Origin: Malacoraja senta
Lineage: Eukaryota
Assembly (NCBI GenBank): GCA_038087875.1
Contig: CM075981.1
Location: 54,064,001-54,128,000 of the forward strand
Direction: 5' to 3'
DNA length: 64,000 bases
Shown here: positions 53,284 to 64,000 of the stretch, one piece after another
How the letters are laid out: each line of letters begins with the position of its first letter
Position numbering within the stretch: the stretch's first letter is position 1
The notes under the pieces: model-generated
What the model was told of the DNA's origin: nothing
Seen by the model: only the letters and a program-made list of their open reading frames with translations
Databases searched by the model: none
Made by a program: the position numbers and the translations under genes

Positions 53284-54896
53284 ATTGGCTTTAAATAGTG
53301 TCCAGTCAGAGCAAATCTTCAGAAGACTGAGAGGTGAAAGCTGGCAAGGGAGTAAACAAGAACCATAAACACTCAAGTTCTGAGGAAGTCAGTGTATTTT
53401 TCAAACAAATGTTCTCCCAGCATGTTCTTTAAATTGGGAAATCAGAGACTTCAATCTTTTGATTCTCCAACCACTAATTTTCATGGAAACCACAGGCTAT
53501 GTGCAAATGATTGCCCTGCCTAAACTTGATGGGAGAACTTGATTGTGTAATCAACTAAACAATACCACTTTCTCCGGATAGCATCTTTTAACAGTCGTGA
53601 GTTTTAGTTCAAACCAAATGATCCTATTCAACATCATTAATTAAATAAACACCACTTACCTATTTTGTCAAAGTCACATTACAACGTCTTTTCATGTCTT
53701 GCCTGTTCCTTTATCAACATTAACATTTTCTCTCTGGTTGTGGAAACGATTGATGGCAACATAGGAAATAGGAGTAGGCGAAACATCCCTCTCCCTCAAA
53801 AGCAATCCCAATCCCCCACTTATTTCCCTGTATCCTATTTTATCGAACAGGCCTATTAACACCCTGCTGATTCTCCCACCAACCACCCGCACTCGCGACA
53901 ATTATGGCCACCTAACCTTGTGATGTGGAAGAAAACTGGAACACCTGGGGAAATTCAGATATTCACAGGAAGAGGGTGCAGACTCCACACAATAGAATGA
54001 TTTTTATTTTTAAAAAGAGGCTCTGACAAGGCTATGGTGAGCTTAGGCGCAGACAAATCCACCGTATTTGCCATTGATAAATGTGTGGCTCTGCGTTTGG
54101 ACTATACCTCTCTCTGTCAATGATCGTTTTACACTATTCTATGCCTGTCTCTCACCATCAATGTGTGTGCCTTTTCTCCCCCTCATACTTTTATTTCTCT
54201 GTTTATATTTGTATCTCTGTCTCTTTGCTCACATCCAACAGTCTCCTGCAATCCCCTAGCTTCAGATCTCTGTTTACTTCCATCATTTTTCTCTTTCTTT
54301 TTGTCTCATGCTATATTACTTGTTTCTAAAATCACTCCTATGTGCAAATATTGATTCAGTCCACCCTCCTCTCCAACCTGTCTCTGTTGTCTTCTCACTG
54401 CTTCAGATTTATCTCCTCGCTCAAATTCCATTTACTTACTTTGTTCTCCCTGTCACCTTCATCTCTAATCACTGACTACATTTTAGTCATCGTCTGCCTC
54501 TGCCCTTACTTCAGAACCTTCACCTTTACTCGACCACTCGTCTCTCCCTGATGATACCTCAATGGTTTTATTTTCACTCAGCTTCTCCTTTGTCCCCAAT
54601 CCTGTGGGAATATTCTTCCTTTGTTCACTTCTGTCTGGCTCAATTTTTTATCGGTCGAAGAGATTGCTGAGTTTTACCTAAATATCCTCGCCTTTTCACA
54701 CACCTAAACGGGGGAACAATAAGGGGAAACCTTTTTGGAATAATTGCAATGGATAGCTACAATCCATACCGAAACCTCAGGAATGAATTGGACAGTCAGA
54801 CTGGAAATAAAACATATCTAATCCTTTGTGTAAGAAGGAACTGCAGGTGCTGGTTTAATCCAAAGATAGACACAAAAAGTTGGAGTAACTCAGCGG

Positions 54897-55022
54897 TGTG
54901 ATATCTTGAGCTCAGGCACAGAATAACAAGTTAACTCCCTGATGACCGGAACTTCACTGCCCAGCTGCACTGTGGTTTATTCATTCATTTACAATCCTCC
55001 AACCAAAGGTGGCGCTATTACA
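54897..55022 (-). mobile_element. 126-bp solo LTR (TG...CA) with 5-bp TSD
   Basis: AGCGG duplicated at 54892-54896 and 55023-55027 inside a pLTR; minus strand TGTAATA...AATAAA...TATCACA. Confidence 0.78.
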
Positions 55023-56169
55023 AGCGGGACAGGCAGCATCTCTGGAGAGAGGAAATGGGTGACGTCATATCTGACCCTTTACTGGATGTTCTAGATATGT
55101 AATGTGATAATGTAAGCAATTTGAACTCTTGCTCCCAAAATCCAATCTCAATTATTGCAATCTACCACAATGCAAGTTGAGAGTACGTGACAGAGGTAAA
55201 ATTTATTCCAACATGATTTTTTTTTTCCTGAATTCAGATTTAAATTAAAAAATAAGTAAAGTTTCAGTGATGCCGGAATGATGAGAATGGGAAAAGGAGC
55301 TTCTCAGATCTCTCCATCATTGAAACAGAATGGGGACCATCTATAACTTAACTTCAGTCCTTGCTTTGTCTCCCCTGCTCTTACTGCCCTTCACAAACAT
55401 GAACATTTATGCCTCATCATTACATCAGGATTATTATCTGTTCAATGGGGAAAGATATGAGCAACTATAATAGGAACTTGAGGAGTATTTCTTTCACACA
55501 TAGGATGGTTGGTGTATCTAACGAGGTACCGAAGGGGTTAGTTAAGGCAGGTACTAATGCAACTTTAAGGAACATTTAGACAGGTACATGGATAAGTCAG
55601 GTTTAGAGCGATATGGGCCAAATGCAGGCAGGTGGGACTAGTGTAGATTGGACATGTTGGCCAGTGTGGGCAAGTTGGGCCGGAAAGCCTGTTTCCACGC
55701 TGTATGACTCGATGACTCTATAACTTGCATGATAGAAAATGTATGATGTTACTTGTTAATTATTGAGTGCAGTGAGAGAGCTACTTTTTCTCCCAGCTTC
55801 TGAAATCCAATCTCATTCTTTTGATAGCTGGCCTACATTGAATGAAAAATTAATTTAAAAAAATTGGCAGTAGAACTTGGTGATTACATTAGTTGCAAAG
55901 TTGAATAAACTGACATCTAATTTATCAAAATCTAATTTAGCAAATGTTGGTCCTTTATTAGCTGCCGAGGCCTTATGTTACTTTTAAACTGTAATAACCT
56001 TAATGGACTAAAAGTTAGAATATTATCAATTAGTGTGTTGCAGTTTTCTACAGTGGGGTGGATCACTCCAGCTTCATGCTCCATGCTCCCACTCCATGCT
56101 CCCACTAATCCTTTGAAATATATTCCTGGCTAAGCAATTTAAGTTCATTAAGATTCTACAAGATTCTAC

Positions 56170-57025
56170 ATGGATATCAACAATTATAGCAGGATATTGA
56201 TCAGCTGGGCAAGCGGGCTGAAGAATGGCTAATAGAGTTTAATGCAGTTAAGTGTGAGATGTTGCAGTTTGGGAAGTCAAGCCAGGGTGGGACCTTCACA
56301 GTAAATTGTAGGGCTCTGGGAATATTGTAGATCAGAGGGATTTGGAAGTCCAAGTACATAGTTTTATGAAACTAGTGTCACAAGTTCATAGGATGGTAAA
56401 GAAGGTGTTTGGTACGTAGACCTTCATTAATTATGTTACAGAGTAGAGAAGTTGGGATGTTATGTTACAGTTGTGCAATACATTGGTGAGCTCGCATTTG
56501 GAGTATTGTGTTTGGTTTTGGTCTCTCTGCTCTGGGAAGGATGTTATTAAGCTGGAAAGAGTGCAGATGAGATTTACTTGGATGTTGTCAGTTCTTGAGG
56601 GTCTGAGCTATAGGGTGAGCTTCGGCAAGCTACGACTTTATTACTTGGAGTGCAAGAGGCTGAGGATCTAATTGTATAGAGGTGTATAAAATCATGAGGT
56701 TAATTGATAGGGTGAATGCAGTCTCTTACCCAGGGTAGGGGAATCAAGAACCAGAGGACATGGGTTTAAGATGAGAGGGGAAAGATTTAATAGGAACTTG
56801 AGGGGCAACATTTTCACTCAGAGGTTGGTGGATGTATGGAATGAGCTGCCAGAGGAGTAGTTGAGGCAGGTGCAGTAACAAGATTTAAAAGACACTTGCA
56901 CAGATACATGGATAGGAAAGGTTTAGAGGGATATGGGCCATATGCGGGCAAATGGAACGAGCTTGAATGGGGCGTCTTGGTTGGCATGAAGGAGTTATGC
57001 TGAAGGACCTGCTTCTATGTCTCTA
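56170..57025 (+). mobile_element. CR1-like LINE 3' ~850 bp
   Basis: LVSSHLEYCVWFWS...LERVQMRFTWML and RTRGHGFK motifs. Confidence 0.85.
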
Positions 57026-57599
57026 TAAGTTTATAACTCGATTGTAAAATCCTTTAAAAGCAATAGAGCAGAGATCTATGGTGAACCTGTGGAGATTGGT
57101 TTTCAACAGTGCCAATTGCACAAGCTCCAGTTTATCACTTATTTCAAAGTGTCTGACATGAACTTTACCAGACATATTTTGAGCCACACAAAGAGATATC
57201 TGGCCAGCTCATCCAGAAACATCTGCCCAGTGTGTCTACCTAGCTGCACCAACCTGTTCCAGATGCAGATGTGTAAACTGAGTCTCCACCGCTAGGAAGA
57301 CTATCCTGGGACTAAGCAGGTTACAAAGTGTTGCGTGAAGATTTTGAAAACTGATGGTTAGGACATCCATTAGGTTCCCCAATGTAAACCTAGTTGAAAC
57401 ATAGTCAGATCCTGGTCCACCGCTGAACTCCATGGGGGAGTCGCCATGGAAATTGACAGCTGAGTTGCCTTGTCATTTTGGGTCTGACATATTTCTGGCA
57501 CATAGGCTGGGTAATGGTGGCAGTTATGAGTAAACTCCATGTGATTATAATTCAAGGGACATATGAGGACACAGGCAAGGAAGAAAGCATTTGGCAGGC

Positions 57600-58780
57600 A
57601 TACCTCCATTGATCAGTGTATTGAGTACAGGAGTTGAATATCATGTTGCAGTTGTACAATATGTAATACAAGAGGCCACATTTGAAGTACTGTGTTTGTT
57701 TCTGGCCTCCTTGCTATAGGAACGATGCCATGAAACTAGAAAGGATGCAAGAAAAGATTTACGAGGATTTACCAGATCTGGTTTTTTTAAGCAGTAGGAG
57801 AGGCTGGATAGACTGGATCTTTTTTTCCTGGTCGAGTAGGGGGCTGAGGGGTGACCTTATAGAGCTATGTAATATCATGAAGGACATAGACAACATGAAT
57901 AGCTGTGACCATCTTTTCCTCGTCTAAAATTAGAAGGCACAGATTTCAGATGAGAATGTAAAGATTAAAAATGGATGTAAAGGGCAACATTTTTTTACAC
58001 AGAGGGTACTGTGTATATGGAGTGAGCTGCTAGAGGAAGTGGTAGAGACATCTACAACATCTAAAATTGATATTGAGGGAGTGCAGCGTAGGTTCACCAG
58101 GTTAATTCCTGGGATGGCGGGACTGACATATGATGAAAGAATGGATCGCTGGGCTTATATTCTCTGGAATTTAGAAGGATGAGAGGCCACCTTATAGAAA
58201 CATATAACATTCTTAAAGGATTGGACAGGCTAAATGCAGGAAAAAAAATTCTGATGTTGGGGGAGTCCAGAACCAGGGGTCACAGTTTAAGAATGAAGGG
58301 TAGGCCATTTAGGACTGAGATGAGGAAACAAAATTTCACCCAGAGAGTTGTGAATCTGTGGAATTCTCTGCCACAGAAGGCAGTGGACGACAATTCACTA
58401 GATATATTCAAGAGAGAGTTAGATATATCTCTTAGGGCTTACCGAATCAAGGGATATGGGGAGAAAGCAGGAACAGTGTATTGATTTTGGATGATCAGCC
58501 ATGATCATATTGAATGGTGGTGCTGGCTTGAAGGGCCGAATGGCCTACTCCTGCAACTATTCTCTACGTTTCTATGTTTCTAAAAGACAATTGGACAGAT
58601 ACATGGGTAGGAAAGGGATATGAGCCATTTGCCGGCAAGTGGGACTCACTCGTTAGGCAATTTTGTGTTTAGTTTATTGCCACGTGTACCGAGGTACAGT
58701 GAAAAGCTTTGGTTGCCAACTTGGTTGCCCTGGACAAGTTGAACTGGAGGACCTGTTTCCATGTCTCTATGACTCTAAGA
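57600..58780 (+). mobile_element. CR1 fragment with a younger CR1 3' fragment nested at ~58069-58580
   Basis: the inner copy ends in (CTATGTTT)n and is flanked by tctaaaa on both sides; the outer copy resumes afterwards. Confidence 0.78.
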
Positions 58781-59535
58781 TCTTTTTGGGAAAGGATGGA
58801 GGAAATTGTGAGAATGTTTTGAATGAGTGGAATTGCCAGACTAAAAATCTGTCTAACAGAACATTTAAAAACATTTTTATTTTGGAATGATCGAGCATAT
58901 TCTGCAACTTTGCAAGTTTAAAATGTAATTATTGGCCTTTCCTCAAGGCCATTTACACTTGGTAACTGTGATCTCTGTGAATTAAGTTGCAGGAAAAAAT
59001 CTGTGTCGTTTGCTTTCTGCCTGAAGTGCTTTGATTTTAGATTTTTGTGATGTCGAATGATTTTCAATGTCAAGCTTCCCTGTTGATAAATGAAAGGCTG
59101 TGCATTCTGCTGAAAAAGAAACAAAATATCAGCAGCGGTCTCAATGAAGTGTGACCTAGAAACCTTAAGCATAATGGAAAAATAGAACTGTGTTTAGCTG
59201 TTCTAATCATCGTAAACATGGACCTAATAGCTACAAAAGCTTTGGTCTAAATTCCTGCTGATTTTTTAAACAGGGCTGATTTTACGAAGTTACTATAAAT
59301 TAGAATTACATTTTATTTATTGTTAATAAGTGCATGAAAAATCATGTGTTTAACTTTACTTAGAAGGATATTGTCTCCAGACTTAGAAGATACCCGGCTT
59401 AAAATGTTGCTCATCCATTCCCTCCACAGATGCTGCCTGACCTGCTGAGTTACATCAGCACTTTGTGTTTTGCACAAGATTCCAGTATCCAGGCACAATA
59501 CCTAAATAAAACCACCTGCTGGAAATTTGAGATGA

Positions 59536-59877
59536 GTTTAGTTTAGTTTAGTTCAGAGATGCAGCAAGGAAACAGGCCCCTTTGGCCCACTGAATGCGCA
59601 CCGACCAGCGATCCCTGCACATTAACACTACCCTACACACACTAGGTACAATTTTACATTTATACCAAGCCAATTAACCTACAAACCTGTACGTCTTTGG
59701 AGTGTGGGAGGAAACTCTTTGGAGTGTGGGAGGAAACTGAAGATCTCAGAGAAAACCCACACAGGTCACGGGGAAAACGGACAAACTCCGTACAGACGAG
59801 CACCCGTAGTCAGTATCGAACCTGGGTCTCTGGCGCTGTAAGGCAGTAGCTCAACCACTGCGCCACCATGCCGCCCT
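59536..59877 (-). mobile_element. HE1/V-SINE-like SINE with an internal ~21-bp tandem duplication
   Basis: tctttggagtgtgggaggaaac occurs twice; full head present. Confidence 0.82.
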
Positions 59878-61324
59878 CAGATAAAAACAGAAAATGGTGA
59901 ACAAACATAACAGGACAGGTAGCATCTGTGAAATGGAGTTAATAATTTTAGTCAAATCAAATTTTACAGCCGCAAAGACAATGACAAATAACATTGACTG
60001 GTCGTTGACCCGGTTATTCATGGTATTTGGAAAGACATGACGACAAATAAGCAAGAAATTTGTTAACCTTTAAAAACCTGGCTAAAAAGGATCATGCTTG
60101 GTACATTTTTCACATCACGTGAAAAGGAGCATGTGAACAAAAATCGCCCTGCTCTAGGCACATTATTATGTCCTAATTATGTTTCAAAATGAATTTAATA
60201 TTACAGTGCTAATATGGGGCATTGAAACAAAATATATTGTGCATTGTGTTTCAATTTCTAATGGTGTCTTCTACTAAACATATTGTGTTCATTTTGCATC
60301 ATGTTTCATTTTGGTCCTTTGTTTGGATTCTCATAGTAAGTAGATAGATGTTTTGGTTGCCAGAAGTCGTATTATTTCTGATCCACATTTCTGAATCTTT
60401 TCCCCATATCTAACTTTATAAAAAGTGTTCACGAGAATGCTTTTCACACAATGGGTGATGGGTGTATGGAACGAGTTGCTGGAAGAGGTAGTTGAGGCAG
60501 GGACTAGACATTTAGACAGGTACATGGATAGGACAGGTTTAGAGGGATATGGGCCAAATGCAGGCAAGTGGGACTAGTGTGGATGGGACATGTTGGTCAG
60601 TGTGGGCAGGATGGGCTGAAGGGCCTGTTTCCATGCTGTATGACTATAACTCTATGAGTGTGACTTGTCTTTGTTCACTCAATCGCAAGTTGCACTCTAT
60701 CTCCAAAATTTGGTTGCTTTGACTTCAGCAAAATCAAATTTTGGAAGTAAGTTTAACACTTGCAGCTGCAAATTAAACTTTTGCTCATTGTCTGTAAATG
60801 ACATTTATTTTAAGGAACAAATTCATCAGTTCTTTGTTTTACACTGAAATTTCTATCTGTAAGTGTGAATCTGTAACATGATACAGTTCCTAACAGTTAA
60901 AAACAGCACATTAAAAAATGCATCATGCTGTGTTATCTACTGTTATTATGCAAAAAAAAGGTGTTTAGATTTTGTTAAACAAGGTCGATGTAAACAAGGA
61001 TAATTGCACAAAAAAAAATACAAAGCGTTGGAGCAACTCAGTGGGTCAGGCAGCATCTCTGAAGGACATGGATACATTTCGGTCGGGTCGGGTCAGGTCC
61101 CTTTTCCAGACTGCACAATGTTATCCAAAGAAATTACCTCAATGAACCAAATGGATTGGAAGATAAAAAAATTACAGGTAGCAGCTATTTAACTCTTTAC
61201 ATCCAGAGGTTAACACGAAGGAAGACACAAAATGCTGGAATAAATCAGCGGGACAGGCAGCATCTCTGGAGAGAAAGAATGGGTAACGTTTCGGGTCAAG
61301 ACCCTTCTTCAAACGTTTATCGGC

Positions 61325-61752
61325 ACTGGGCCTGTCCTCGCTGGAGTTTAGAAGAATGAGGGGGGGACCTCATTGAAACATACAGAATAGTGAAAGGCTT
61401 GGATAGAGTGGATGTGGAGAGGATGTTTCCACTAGTAGGAGAGTCTAGGACTAGAGGTCATAGCCTCAGAATTAAAGGACGTTGTTTTAGGAAGGAGATA
61501 AGGAGGAATTTCTTTAGTCAGAGGGTGGTGAATCTGTGGAATTCTTTCCCACAGAAGGCTGTGAGCCCAAGTCAGTGGATATTTTTAGGGCAGAGATAGA
61601 TAGATTCATGATTAGTACAGGTGTCAGAGGTTATGGGGAGAAGGCAGGAGAATGGGGTTGAGAGGGAGAGACAGATCAGCCATGATTGAATGGCGGAGTG
61701 GACGATGGGCCGAATGGCCTAATTCTACTCCTATTCCTTATGGCCTTATGAC
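61325..61752 (+). mobile_element. CR1/HER1-like LINE 3' fragment
   Basis: KGLDRVDVERMFPLVGESRTRGHSLRIKG...FFSQRVVNLWNS. Confidence 0.85.
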
Positions 61753-63729
61753 CTACCAGTGACAATTGCAGTTGCTTTAAATCTATTCCCACAGTCTCTG
61801 TCCCTCTTGTTAAATTTATGCTGACAATTATGCTGACAAATGAGGTGACAGCAGCGAGGTAAACTGTAGAAGCAGAGACAAGGGAATAAGTGGTGTCAGA
61901 ATGAGAATAACATTGAGGAGTCTGAGGTTCCCGTTTATAAATAGTCTAGGCACTTGCTTGTTTATCTGTGCAATTAATGATCCACTAAATTAATGGACCA
62001 CTAATGAAATCAAGTGGAATGGGTGAATAAGAACATACAATTTCTGAGTGTGTCATTTGCTGACAGAACATTCATTACTGCAAAAGCAGACTCCCAATTT
62101 TCTGTAAAGCTCCATTTCCCAACATAGCACTCACTGTATAAGGGGCACCATTCGGCAACAACTTTTTCTGGCCAAATTTTCTGATATTGACATTTTAACT
62201 AAAAATGTGTTGATTTAGTTTGATCTAAAAAAATCTTAATGAGAAATTCAGTAACAGTTCAACAAAAGATTTCCGGTATTCTCTCCTGAAGATCAAAATA
62301 AACTCCAAAACTTATCCGCTAGAAAAGTATTTGCACTTTCCTTTCCTTTCCATAAATTATGAGACTGAAAAATAGAACCTTAATATAAACACATCATCAC
62401 ATCATCACATCCAGAGCAGAAAATAGCTGTCTAATTAATTTACCCTGAGAATTATGAAATAATTACTTTCTATTCCCCATTCGTTAAATTACTATCAAGT
62501 TCTTGAGGTTTTATGTAAACCGTAAGCAATTAACTCAGCCATTAATCATTCACGACTAAGAATTTTGAGGTAATATCACACAGTATTTATCAGTCTGAAG
62601 AAGGAATGGGTGACGTTTCGGGTCAGTCTGAAGATAGGTTACGACCCAAAGCGTCACCCATTCCTTCTCTCCAGAGATGCTGACTGTCCCGCTGAGTTAC
62701 TCCAGCATTTTGTGTGTATTTTCTAGTATAGCCTTTACCTACCATTGGGGATGTATATACTGTATGTATAGAGAAAGCAGTTACTAATTAAATCCAAGAG
62801 GAGTTTGGTTACAATGTGGAACTTGATTCCTCAAAGTGTAGTTGAAGTAAATAGCAAAGGCGCATTCTAGATGGTAAAGTAAGGTATAGAAAGATTTGTT
62901 GTTCGATGTAGAAGAGGGGGGGGGGGGGAGCTTGAATAGAGTATAAACACCAATTAAGCACCTGTTGGGCCAAACAGCCTGGTTCCCGAGAGAATCTGAA
63001 ACCTATATAAATTATGTCAACCTTCAGTGTAGCTATTATTGAGGTGGCTAGATAGACATTCGTATGTAGTTATGAGCTTCAAGAAAACTTGCCATGTGAT
63101 GTATCCACCACTCCTTGATTCAGTCTGACTATTGAGCTTTTAACTGTCCTATTTTCATTTGCCCACATTGAGGATGAAAATTATTTGAAGTTGTTATTCT
63201 AATCTAATTCACAAGATTTAAAAAAACTCCTGTGCTTGCAAGTATTAACTTGGAGTGACTACAATAGATTGGAAATATGGTGCTTTTGGGGCCCTGTCTT
63301 TACAATCGTTATAGAGTCATGGAGTCAAACAGCGTGGCAACTGGCCTATTGTTCCAACTCGCCCACACCGACCAACATGCCCCATCTAAACTAGTCCCAT
63401 CTGTCTGCTTTTGGCCCATATCCCTCTAAACCTACTCCATCCATGTTCCTGTCTAAATGTTTCTTAAGCGTTGGAATGGCATGTGTACGTTGCGATATTC
63501 CCTGTTCCAAGGAACCTCATCCCATAGAATTCACCCTTGACCTCTGCCAAGAATGGACAGGAATATTGGTAAAATCTCTCTATCAATTTAGAAAATATGG
63601 CAAGGACGATTTCAATCATTAATAAATGTGCAGTAAGAGTTTGTGTATTGCAAGTTGGGTTTTAAACAAAACTTGAGTGGGCAGCAGTTGTGCCTGATCT
63701 GTGCAGGACGATACTGCTGTCAAACCTAA

Positions 63730-63990
<261 letters not shown>

Positions 63991-64000
63991 TGAATATTCC

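Noticed and set aside
54940-54960. CTGATGA as another hammerhead core or snoRNA box
   Set aside because: No stem II followed by GAAA and no terminal stem; it lies within the solo LTR

Overview
Vertebrate genomic DNA, most likely from a cartilaginous fish such as a skate or ray (inferred from HE1/V-SINE-like, Deu-SINE-like and CR1/HER1-like repeats). The window holds seven consecutive internal coding exons of an NMDA receptor GluN2A gene (GRIN2A) on the + strand. They run from the ATD-S1 linker through S1, M1, M2, M3 and most of S2. All have GT-AG boundaries and consistent phases, and the gene extends beyond both window ends. The introns are dense with transposons. (1) A young Penelope-like element (RT + GIY-YIG) with an inverted pLTR and a 14-bp TSD. 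(2) About 20 pLTR-derived short repeats carrying a minimal hammerhead-ribozyme motif, including a compensatory stem change and a tandem pair. (3) Five CpG-rich PIF/Harbinger-type MITEs that share a 14-bp terminus and a TWA target but have different interiors; one is nested, and one has its empty site elsewhere in the window. (4) A 5'-truncated L1 with an open ORF2 and TSD. (5) A 126-bp solo LTR and a decayed Gypsy pol. (6) Many SINE and CR1 fragments. There are two N gaps. Most short ORFs in the supplied track are spurious repeat translations. Repeat boundaries are approximate unless a TSD is given.
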